DNA of 64,000 nucleotides from a virus, in IMG/VR virus record IMGVR_UViG_3300042914_002167; one strand, written 5' to 3'. The notes under the pieces are model-generated. The model was not told the origin of the DNA. It saw only the letters and a list, made by a program, of their open reading frames with translations, and searched no databases. Below, piece after piece: positions 55,044 through 64,000 of this stretch (positions within the stretch are counted from its first letter, which is position 1; each line of letters opens with the position of its first letter). The translations under genes and the position numbers were made by a program.

Positions 55044-55665
55044 AAGGGAAACGGATGAGATTCTAGCAGTTAAGAATGATATCAGAGTCTATGTGGACCA
55101 GACTAAGATTCTTCACGAATGGGCGGAGAACATTTTTGTTTCTCCCGAAAACTTCTACATCACCGGTGGTGCAATCGCTAGTCTGCTATTGGCTGAGAGC
55201 CCCAAAGACTTTGATGTCTATTGCAGAAATCAAACGGTTGGAGAGGCAGCCCACGGTTTGCTGATAAGCCAGTATCAACATAGCATCAAAGATGTTGATG
55301 AGAAGTATCGCGAAGTGGATTGCTGGAAAATTCCCGGCAAGATGGTGACTGAGAAGTCTGTCACAATGAGCAACAACATGTCCTTCATTGTAATGAACTA
55401 CGGCCCGCCCGATCAAATCAAAGCCTCTTTTGATTTTCTACATTGCACACCGCACTATGACATTGGAGAAGACAAGTTGTACATCAGCCGTGCGCAGTAC
55501 GATTCAATCAAAAGCAAAACACTGCTTGTTAACAATTCAGATCGAGTGACTTTCTGGCGAATGGAAAAATTCGTGAAGAGGGGTTGGAACGTATCTCAAG
55601 ATGTGAAGAGTCTTGCTTTGCGTGTATCATCAAAGTCTCTTAAGCCAGTGACGGTGAACTCATGA
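55027..55665 (+). CDS. Pol-beta-superfamily nucleotidyltransferase-like protein
   Basis: YITGGAIAS...KDFDVY; FDFLHC; RMEKFVKRGW. Confidence 0.7.
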   Translation: MSTFTKRETDEILAVKNDIRVYVDQTKILHEWAENIFVSPENFYITGGAIASLLLAESPKDFDVYCRNQTVGEAAHGLLISQYQHSIKDVDEKYREVDCWKIPGKMVTEKSVTMSNNMSFIVMNYGPPDQIKASFDFLHCTPHYDIGEDKLYISRAQYDSIKSKTLLVNNSDRVTFWRMEKFVKRGWNVSQDVKSLALRVSSKSLKPVTVNS

Positions 55666-55998
55666 AACTCATCTGTGACGATAAAGTTCAGTCTTACTTT
55701 TGGGTTGATGATAAGGACGAAAAGAAAGTCATCAGCCCGCGCTTCGACTACATTGAAGACGCCATCAACTGGCGTAGAGATGTAGAGGAGAATCCGAGAA
55801 AAACATGGACGAAAACGACAGAATGAATCTGAAGTTTCTTCTAGACGCAAGTGAAGAAATTATAAAACATTGGTATCTTTCAGTTGACGAAGATGATCAT
55901 ACATATGCATCATCTCTTCTTACATTGGCATATTTGGAATTAACTGATGATTGCAAAGATACAGATATTACAGAACAGTATCTAAGGAAGTACAGACT

Positions 55999-56607
55999 AT
56001 GAGAAAAGACCTAGACATTAAGTTAGTTGAGAAGTATCCAAAACTCTTTGCGCAGAGAAACAAATCAATGCGGGAAACTGCAATGTGCTGGGGATTTGAG
56101 TGTGGATCGGGATGGTACAACATCATTAATATGCTATGCGCAAACATCCAAGGGCACATTGACAACAAGAACAGTCAACGAAAATTCTGGATAGGATACA
56201 ATCAGATGGTAGAAGACGTTCAGCGCGGTGACACTGAACTATTCAACGCACGATACAAAGGCTATCAACAAGAATATAAAGAAAAAATTCTAGCAGACAT
56301 TCAAAGCGGTAGAACAAATCTCAAGCAAGACGTTGAAGAGGAGTTTCCTCAAGTTGAGGTGACGCAAGTCAAAGAGAAGTTTGGCACTCTTAGGTTCTAC
56401 ACATCCTTAGGCGATGATTACATCTACGGTGCAATCGCCATGGCTGAGTCTATGAGTGCAGTCACATGCGAAACATGCGGCAAGCCGGGAAAACTTTTTA
56501 CTTACGGTTGGTGGCACGTAGCATGTGATGAACACAAGACGCAAGATGATATTGAATGGGAAAAGAAGGAGTTGGAGAATGAGCATTTGGAAAACGACGC
56601 CAGTTGA
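55999..56607 (+). CDS. Conserved phage hypothetical protein
   Basis: ECGSGW; QVKEKFGTLRFY; CETCGKPG. Confidence 0.7.
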   Translation: MRKDLDIKLVEKYPKLFAQRNKSMRETAMCWGFECGSGWYNIINMLCANIQGHIDNKNSQRKFWIGYNQMVEDVQRGDTELFNARYKGYQQEYKEKILADIQSGRTNLKQDVEEEFPQVEVTQVKEKFGTLRFYTSLGDDYIYGAIAMAESMSAVTCETCGKPGKLFTYGWWHVACDEHKTQDDIEWEKKELENEHLENDAS

Positions 56608-56920
56608 TCAAGTTCCGCACATCAAGTTGGCTTCATGGGGAATCTATGAGATTGTGTCAGAATTCTGGCCAGAAAAAACTCGGCACTTTGTTGGCTACAA
56701 TCTAACAGAACGCGAAGGGCGCACCAGTTCTCCAATTGTCGAGTTTGATCCCATGACAAAACGTGGAGTCACTGAGTCTGGGCGAGTCTATGAACTTGTG
56801 GGAAGTGCTGGCCACAACAGTGACGGTATCTATACCTTCAACCGCTGGTGTGAAATCAACGGAATCACGGAAATCGTGGATGTGACAGAAGAACTGATGC
56901 ACACAAAAACATCTGTATAA
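56579..56920 (+). CDS. Hypothetical protein
   Basis: HFVGY...GRTSSPI...GVTESGRVYEL. Confidence 0.65.
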   Translation: MSIWKTTPVDQVPHIKLASWGIYEIVSEFWPEKTRHFVGYNLTEREGRTSSPIVEFDPMTKRGVTESGRVYELVGSAGHNSDGIYTFNRWCEINGITEIVDVTEELMHTKTSV

Positions 56921-56928
56921 AAATACAG

Positions 56929-57272
56929 TGTTGTTGTTTTGCAACAACGCAATAACACTACACTTGACTCAACTATTGATCTGTGGTAATATAGAGTCTG
57001 TTGAGTTGATGAGGTTGTCATGAAAGTTTATTCACTAGTTGGCGGTTGGGACTACGAAGGCGAGAACCTGCTAGGAGTGTTCGGCTCCAAGGAAGACTTG
57101 ATGAAGTTCATAGAGCAAGGGCGGTCAGAGTGCCGCCGGCGCCCGGAAACGCTGGGCTATGACTCCTTGGGATTCGTGGAGTCTGAATTGGGTCAACCGA
57201 TAGACTTTTGCGGCATGGTTGAGTGGCTGTAATAACACTACACTTGACTCAACTATTGTTCTGTGGTATACT
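56929..57272 (+). promoter_or_regulatory. Two variant early-promoter cassettes flanking ORF 57020-57232
   Basis: AATAACACTACACTTGACTCAACTATTG direct repeat. Confidence 0.75.
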
Positions 57273-57299
57273 GGTTTCACTGAGTTGATGAGGTTTCAA

Positions 57300-57641
57300 A
57301 TGTTGCACCAAAAGATCGGTTCTGACTTCGCCTTCGCTGTTGAAGACTATCTCCAACACATCATGGGCGACTATTGCTCCTGGAACAAGAATGACACCGA
57401 AGTCGGCGCACGGATGCGCGATGAGTTCATTCTTGGTGTGCGAGTTGATCTCGGCAAAAAGTACGCCAAGGTTGTGACTCGCGGCTCCGCGCACTCCTTC
57501 ATCGTGCTGCAAGACGGCGGCAAGTTCCGCAAGGGTGACATCCTGATGGCTGCGTCCTGGGCTGCACCTGCTACCAACTTCTCTCGCGGCAATGTGCTGA
57601 CTAAGAACTACGGAAACACCACTTGGACTGGTGCACGATAA
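57300..57641 (+). CDS. Early hypothetical protein
   Basis: GKKYAKV...GDILMAASWAAPA...RGNV. Confidence 0.7.
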   Translation: MLHQKIGSDFAFAVEDYLQHIMGDYCSWNKNDTEVGARMRDEFILGVRVDLGKKYAKVVTRGSAHSFIVLQDGGKFRKGDILMAASWAAPATNFSRGNVLTKNYGNTTWTGAR

Positions 57642-58085
57642 AATGAACATGACGATTGTTGTAAAAAAGCAACGCCCGCGCGACTACGTGGGCAAGGACC
57701 TGCGATCTCCGAAGTATCGGATGCGTGTCGTTGACGACAAGCGCCGTAAGGAAGCCAAGTACCCCAAGCAGGAGTTGATGTATGAGTTTTCGTAACGGCA
57801 TGGGGGAACGAGAATCAATCGCATCTGAACTGAGCGAAACCGTCCTCTTTGGCGATCTGAAGCGGATCAAGGCTGCGCAGACGCCTTACAAACGCATCCA
57901 AACGGCTCAGGAGTCGTTTTATTTCGTTCCCTTTGGTAGATCCTCAGAGTTGTTTGGATTCGTCAAGGTGGTGACTCCTAAGAACATCGTGATCCGCTAC
58001 CGTGTTTCTGAAAAAACGAAACAGAAAAAAGTCGGCAATCTGTACGAAGCCAAGCGGTTTCTGGTGCAAAATTTCGTCGTTTAGT

Positions 58086-58157
58086 GTTGTTTTCACGCAA
58101 CAAAGTTGACTAAAACACTCAAGAATCTATTGTAATCCAGCCCGACTGTGGTATACT
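58086..58157 (+). promoter_or_regulatory. Repeated early-promoter cassette
   Basis: Near-identical to the copy at 58626-58697. Confidence 0.8.
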
Positions 58158-58726
58158 GACTTCGTTGAGTTGATAAAGAAAGAAAAAATCATGAGCAAAA
58201 AGACAGTCAAGCGAGAAGTCGAAATTGAAACCACTTACGGTACGATGACGTTCAAGACCCGGGCTGAAGCATTCAAGTTCGTTGAAACGATTGCTTCTTG
58301 GGCTGGTTTCACCAAGAAAACTCGCCCCACATCGGTTGAACAAGCGGTTGAGTACCACCTTGCGTATGTTGAGGGTGGTTTTCCTGAAGTTCGCCGCGTT
58401 ATGCGAGAGCGGCGCGAGCGTGAACGTGTTAAAAGTCTCAGTTGGTTCTATGGTGAAAGACCCAGTGGCGGCTGGATCGGAGAAAGATCCAGTCACGGAT
58501 ACGGTAGCCAAGGCTGCTATGGTTGCCACGGTGGGCTTCCGCGTGAACTGTGGGGCATGCCGCCGGCGGTGATTGAAAAAGAGTGGGCAAGGCGTATGAG
58601 CATGGGCTACTACGGTTGGTGACTTGTTGTTTTCACGCAACAAAGTTGACAAAAACACTCAAGAATCTATTGTCATCCAGCCCAACTGTGGTATACTGAG
58701 CGTATCGATTGATTGAGAGGCAAGAA

Positions 58727-59101
58727 ATGCAACAGCAATATGACACCCGTTCCTTTGAAGAGATCCTGAACACTCCTATGACTGAACTGGAAGAACTGGA
58801 AAGCATCTATTGCGAGATGCACAAAGATGTGTATGGCGTCAAGGCTCGGTGGTATCGTGCCGAGTCTGTTGAACAAGCCCGCGCAGACCTTGCGCGACTG
58901 GAAGCGGCTCTTGAAGTCGAGATGGCTCGGCAACGAGAAGCCGAGAACGAAGCCATCGCCGCCTTTGAGAAGTTGGCTACTCAGTACGGCTTCGACAACG
59001 CCAAGCGGTATCAGCATGACGCATATGACACCCGCGGTGACGATGAGTACCTGTGCTATCACTTGGGGCTGCCCTACGGCTACTTTAAGAAGGTTGCTTG
59101 A
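58727..59101 (+). CDS. Early hypothetical protein
   Basis: HKDVYGVKAR...YHLGLPYGYF; behind cassette 58626. Confidence 0.7.
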   Translation: MQQQYDTRSFEEILNTPMTELEELESIYCEMHKDVYGVKARWYRAESVEQARADLARLEAALEVEMARQREAENEAIAAFEKLATQYGFDNAKRYQHDAYDTRGDDEYLCYHLGLPYGYFKKVA

Positions 59102-59641
59102 TGAAACCCTTTAGACAATGGTGCTACGAAAAGTGGCAAGATCACTGCGACGAAGTTGAAGCATGGACTGGCAAGCGAGTGCTTTATCTGAGTTCCGAAT
59201 ACTTCAGCAAGTATAAGTGGTGGCTGAAGCGGGAATATCGGTTTGAGATGAAGGAGAAATAACATGTACACTTTTACACCCAACCAACTAGAAGAAATCC
59301 AGTTTGTCATGGAGGTCAACCACGAATTCGGTCCTCGTGCTGCGTTCAGGTTCTTCCATAAACTGGCTGAAGGTACTGCGATTCCCACGGAAGATGTGGA
59401 AGACTTCATCATAGCATTCATGACCCAGTACAACCGAGTTCACCCTAACACTTACTAAGGAATCATATGACTATTGATGTGCGAACGATGACAACCCATG
59501 AGATTGTGAAAAATCACTATCATGAGGTTATGCTTTCTGCTGAGTTTGTTGAGTCTACAGATCCGCGCAAAGTTCCTACCGTGCGGGACAATCTGCTGTG
59601 GCTGACGACAGTCTCGGAACTCTGGATTTCTGATTCTATGA

Positions 59642-60049
59642 ATGGAGATTGATATGACAATGCCTGCTGGAACTTACTGGATCGGTGATCTGTGCTATGT
59701 CCTAGAGTCTGATGAGGAGTGGGACGAGGTTCTTGAACTTACACTTTCAGATGATCAGCCTTGGGCTTGTGGTGAGGGCGAATTCACGTTCAAGGATGGG
59801 CGCCGTTTCGCAATGTACAATACCAAGTACGGCGACGGTACGTACAAAGACCAACATGGTTTTCAATACGGAGTCGATTCTGGATCCATTGGGTGCATTC
59901 GTCTAGAGGATATCCGTGGAGAAGTTTCTGCTAGTGGATCCGTTGTCGTTTTTGAGAATGATTTCACCACCCGAAATGGCGACGGGCTGATCCAGATCGG
60001 TCGCATCCGAATTGACACCGACCCAGAAGATGAGGAAGACGTATATTGA
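59642..60049 (+). CDS. Early hypothetical protein
   Basis: YWIGDLCYV; TKYGDG; VDSGSIG. Confidence 0.7.
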   Translation: MEIDMTMPAGTYWIGDLCYVLESDEEWDEVLELTLSDDQPWACGEGEFTFKDGRRFAMYNTKYGDGTYKDQHGFQYGVDSGSIGCIRLEDIRGEVSASGSVVVFENDFTTRNGDGLIQIGRIRIDTDPEDEEDVY

Positions 60050-60083
60050 GGCTCTGGAAGTCATCCGGAGAAGCCGAAATCCG

Positions 60084-60153
60084 GGTCCAGGAGCGATTTG
60101 TCACCTAGGTGGGTACTTTCCTATCAACCTAGGTGACAAATCGCTCCTGGACC
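60084..60153. repeat. Long inverted-repeat element, copy 3 (perfect 27-bp arms)
   Basis: GGTCCAGGAGCGATTTGTCACCTAGGT / exact reverse complement; loop GGGTACTTTCCTATCA. Confidence 0.9.
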
Positions 60154-60162
60154 GTTCTTTTT

Positions 60163-60234
60163 TGTTGTTTTCCTACAACAAAGTTGACTATTTTACTCAA
60201 GAATCTATTGACTTCTGGCATCACTGTGGTATTA
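60163..60234 (+). promoter_or_regulatory. Repeated early-promoter cassette
   Basis: Same as 10676 and 50783 copies. Confidence 0.85.
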
Positions 60235-60887
60235 TAGAGTCTGTTGATTGATGAGGTGAATGAATGAACGGCAATATGACTTTTATCCGTGTTCCTAAGA
60301 AGACTTTCACTCACGCTGATGCGAGTGAAATTCTTGATCACATTTCGGCTCGGTCCGTCAAGTTTTCAGGACAATCTTTGTCTCCATACGCAAAAGGATA
60401 TCTTGTGTCCATGCTGACGAGGCTGGCTGAAGTCTCTCCGGCTGTCAAGCGCGAATTGCTGGCTGACGTTGAACACATCAAAGGTCTGTAAAATGACATA
60501 TCAAGAAGTTTTGTGGCAAGGCAAGTATGTGTGGATCACCGGCATCCTGTCCAAGAGCGGTCGTGTCCATATGCCACTTCGCAAGTATGTGGGCAAAGGC
60601 GGTATGGTCGTAGGCGAGAGCAAATGTGGGCGACTGCTGGTCCAGTTCTCCAATCACACTCGTGCTATCCCCTCAGGCTGTGTCACAGAATACGGCACAG
60701 TGAAGACCGTTCGTTAAGGAAAAATCATGGGTAAGATCAATTCTCTTCTGTCAGACATCCAAGAACAACTGGTTCGGAATGAACTTTCATTCTATGAAAT
60801 CGCACGGATCTACAATGTTCCGTTGAGTTGGGTCAAAGAAGCATACGATGCGCTGGAAGAAGAAACTCCAGATCCTTATTGAGCAGA

Positions 60888-60940
60888 AGTTGAGTAATTT
60901 ACTCAAGAATGCTTGACATCTCCACCCACTGTGGTATACT
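60888..60940 (+). promoter_or_regulatory. Repeated early-promoter cassette (partial)
   Basis: TTGAGTAATTTACTCAA palindrome; TTGACA...TATACT. Confidence 0.75.
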
Positions 60941-61191
60941 GACTATGTTGAGTTGATGAGGTGAACGAAATGGCTTTCGAAAAGATTGTTCTGAATGTTG
61001 TGAAGTCTGTGACTGAAGTTCCTGCGTATTTTGCGTACGGCACTCTGTTCCTTGAGACACAAAATTCTTGGGTTGCTACTCAAGTCTTCACCGCCCTGTG
61101 CGATGAGTTGACATGCGCAGTGTCGTTCGGCAAGTGTGGCGAGTTCGAAACCTCTTACGATTTCAGGATCTAATCTTCTGGAGTAAAAATC

Positions 61192-61605
61192 ATGGCTTAC
61201 GTTTCTCAAGAGTTGAAGGCTTCCCTGGCTCCCGCCATCAAGGCTATCTGCAAAAAGTACGGCGTCAAGGGCACTCTGTCCGTTGGCGGACACTCTACTC
61301 TGTGCCTGAACCTGAAGTCTGGCAAGATTGACTTCATCGGTAACGGTAATCGTGTGTGTGGCGCTGATCACTATCAAGTGTCTCGAGGTTTCACTCCGAA
61401 CACTTCTGGCTACGAAGATGTGAATACATATCACTACAAGAGTCACTACGATGGCGAGGCTCTTGCGTTCCTCAATGAAGTGATCCCTGCGATGAATAAC
61501 GGCAATCATGATAACTCTGACACCATGACCGACTACTTTGACGTTGGCTGGTACATCCGTATCGGCATCGGTCGCTGGAACCAGAAGTACGTTATTGAGG
61601 CTTGA
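61192..61605 (+). CDS. Conserved early hypothetical protein
   Basis: MAYVSQE...DNSDTMTDYFDVGWY. Confidence 0.75.
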   Translation: MAYVSQELKASLAPAIKAICKKYGVKGTLSVGGHSTLCLNLKSGKIDFIGNGNRVCGADHYQVSRGFTPNTSGYEDVNTYHYKSHYDGEALAFLNEVIPAMNNGNHDNSDTMTDYFDVGWYIRIGIGRWNQKYVIEA

Positions 61606-62639
61606 ATCATGGAAAGAAAAATGATTGTGCTTTGTACCGAATGCTCAGAAGAGCATGATACAACAAAAGTTGAATTTGTGAATGTAGAAGAAGACATCTG
61701 TGGGCGAGATGTGATGTACTTCATCTGCCCGATCACAAAAACAGAAGCTAAGAGTTTGGTGTATAGAAAATGAACGAACGAATTAAAGAACTATACCTCC
61801 TCGCCCACGGCACTCGCCACTACGATGGTGACCCTGCTCTTGATGGCAATCCTCCTACTGTATATTGGCAAGATGAGGTGAGTGCTAAACGATTTGCCGG
61901 ATTGATCTACAATGACATCATTACCGTGGTGGCTGCTCACGCTTTGACTAACGATTCTGCTATGGACGTATTCAAAAACCTGACAAGAATTTATGAAGAA
62001 GAATGCAAATGAGCGACAATATTAAGTTGCCCGCTCAAGAGTGGTTAGGCTATGATCCCGAACGAGGTGACATTCACGGGTACAGCTTTGAGCAGATGAG
62101 GGAATTTACCGAGTTGATCATACAAAAGTGCATCTCTCAGATTGCACTCATTGGTATTTCCAATTATCAAAACGATGACGTTATGTGGGCAACAGAAAAA
62201 GCAATAGATAACATCAGAGAACACTTTGGGATGAAAAATGAAACGAACTAAAGTTTCAGTCAATCAAGTCATGAGTGATATGACGACAAATCCATTTTGG
62301 AAATCACTCAGAAGCAATCCGAACTATACTAAGTTTGAGCAGACGATTGCCGAAACTCTGAGCAAAAAAGAAAAGTGCTGCAACGGCAACTGCAATCAAG
62401 TGCGCAACTGCACTCTTCGCAAATCATGAGATATTTCACATTCGTTCAACCAAAAGGCGAGACATCCGAACCAGAGTATGTTACAATGTCTGAAGAAGAC
62501 ATTAGGAAAGAATACTATCCGTACTGGTATAAAAAGATGTGCGAGAAATACGAACAGTCTTATGTGGATGAACACCACTGTTTTGAAGACTGCCTTGAAG
62601 ATTGGGTAATTATCCATTGGGCACAAGAGGAGAAGAACC

Positions 62640-63065
62640 ATGACTGACCGCGAACTACTGGAGGCCGCTGCGAAGGCGGCGGGGATTGAGTTTGGATGGA
62701 TTCATGACACGCCACGAATCCGCGCTGAAATGGGCTGGACTCCTTGGAACCCCCTCACCGACGACGGCGATGCGCTGCGGTTGGCGGTGAAGTTGGGGTT
62801 TACGGTCGGCCCGCACCTTGGTGCAACTTACGCGGGGGTCGCCCCGTGCCCTGACGACTTTGAAGACGGCAAGCTCCCGATCCGAATCGCACAGATGCAC
62901 AACGGCGACCCCCTCGCCGCCACCCGCCGCGCCATCGTCAGGGCTGCGGCTGCGGCTGAGATTGGAAATGGCACAACCCAGAAGGTGTCAACTGACGACT
63001 TCCCGGAGGACAACTACTACAAGACGCAGGCCGAGGCCGAAGAATTGGGAAGGAACAAGGTATGA
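62640..63065 (+). CDS. GC-rich temperate-phage-type hypothetical protein
   Basis: MTDRELLEAAAKAAG...WNPLTDDGDALRLAVKL...ATRRAIVRAAA. Confidence 0.75.
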   Translation: MTDRELLEAAAKAAGIEFGWIHDTPRIRAEMGWTPWNPLTDDGDALRLAVKLGFTVGPHLGATYAGVAPCPDDFEDGKLPIRIAQMHNGDPLAATRRAIVRAAAAAEIGNGTTQKVSTDDFPEDNYYKTQAEAEELGRNKV

Positions 63066-63316
63066 CTGACCTGATTACCCTGCCCCGCGCCGTCGTCCGG
63101 CAGGCACTGGAGGCGCTAGAGAACAGTTCGCCGGACCAGTACCCAGAAGACGCTGGCGTGTTCTACGATGCTAAGGACGCCCTTCGCGCCGCGCTTGCCC
63201 AGCCGCGCCAGTTCACCTCATTCGCGCCCAAGCCCCCGTCACCGCCGCCCGCGCCGGGTGGATACGACGGCACCGAGGCTGGCCTGCAACCTTTCTCATG
63301 GAGGGGAAATGAGTAA
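63062..63316 (+). CDS. GC-rich hypothetical protein
   Basis: RQALEALE...ALRAALAQP. Confidence 0.65.
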   Translation: MTDLITLPRAVVRQALEALENSSPDQYPEDAGVFYDAKDALRAALAQPRQFTSFAPKPPSPPPAPGGYDGTEAGLQPFSWRGNE

Positions 63317-64000
63317 CCTACGCGATCTGTTGAAGCGCATCCGTCAATGGGACGCACTGGACATCCCGGACAGCGACGGAGCGCACTGGAAGCGGGAGAT
63401 TGACGCCGCGCTGGAGCAGCCGGAGCCTGATGCCATCGAACAAGCACTGGCGCACGCAGAAGCATTCAGCCGTGGGCACGATGCCGGCTGGCAATCGGCC
63501 ATGCTCTGCGCCGCGCTGACGCAGGCGGAGCAGGAGCCGTTTGGATATATCTGGCCGACTGGGCGACATCCCGAGTTCCGCTACACACAGCAGATGCGAG
63601 ACGGCGTTGCTGGCATGCCCCTCTACACCAACCTACCCCAGCGTCCCGCAGAGCCGAAGCAGGAGCCGGTGGCCGATGCTATGAAAACCGTAATCAAAGC
63701 CATGCAGGCCGACCCCGACTATGCGTGGTCGTGGCACTGCAACGTGGCGATGGCTTTTGCTGATGCAGGCGGCGATCCATACACAGCCAACCAAGGCGCG
63801 GCGCGGTTTATGCGGTTGCTGGCAAACGTCGATCCAGCGCACGAACTCCCACCCCACCCACCTCGCCGCAAGCAGGAGCAGGAGCCGGTGGCGTGGCGCA
63901 CATTTGACGGTGAGGGAGGATATGACTACCGCACCTACGACGACAACGAAAACTACCGTGATGAGTGGGATAGGCGAAATCCAAACCATAAAGGATGGGT
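63309..64000 (+). CDS. GC-rich modular QEPVAW-repeat protein (runs off window)
   Basis: Open frame MSNLRDLLKR...QEPFGY...PLYT...QEPVA...QEPVAW. Confidence 0.65.
   Translation, partial: MSNLRDLLKRIRQWDALDIPDSDGAHWKREIDAALEQPEPDAIEQALAHAEAFSRGHDAGWQSAMLCAALTQAEQEPFGYIWPTGRHPEFRYTQQMRDGVAGMPLYTNLPQRPAEPKQEPVADAMKTVIKAMQADPDYAWSWHCNVAMAFADAGGDPYTANQGAARFMRLLANVDPAHELPPHPPRRKQEQEPVAWRTFDGEGGYDYRTYDDNENYRDEWDRRNPNHKGW

Noticed and set aside
1-64000. Stop-codon recoding
   Set aside because: Core genes are intact in code 11, TAG, TGA and TAA all end genes, and no suppressor tRNA was seen

Overview
64-kb segment of a large T4-like (myovirus) phage genome, almost all on the + strand. In order it contains: a replication module (gp44 end, gp62, regA, hsp20, gp43, uvsX, gp40, gp41); a block of late, probably head-internal and structural genes; spanins, primase, thyX, nrdA/nrdB and RNase H; a ~9-kb array of about 31 tRNA/tRNA-like genes mixed with unannotated structured RNAs; and an early region of small ORFs, many behind copies of a repeated promoter cassette. 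Highlights: (1) a 35-codon leader peptide containing 19 of the 20 amino acids, coupled to a terminator/antiterminator switch just upstream of the tRNA array, which is a candidate pan-tRNA-sensing attenuator and is followed by rrn-like boxB/boxA sites; (2) four covarying 'stem-CAGCAAA' RNAs, two of them directly upstream of a DUF2828 (TROVE/Ro60-like, vWA) gene, which are candidate new Y-like RNAs; (3) uvsX fractured by a naturally split intein with a free-standing HNH gene between the halves; (4) long-stem RNA cassettes that pair with tRNA CCA ends, plus several aberrant tRNAs; (5) probable capsid-targeted modular polyproteins. All calls come from reading the sequence by eye; no database searches or folding programs were run.
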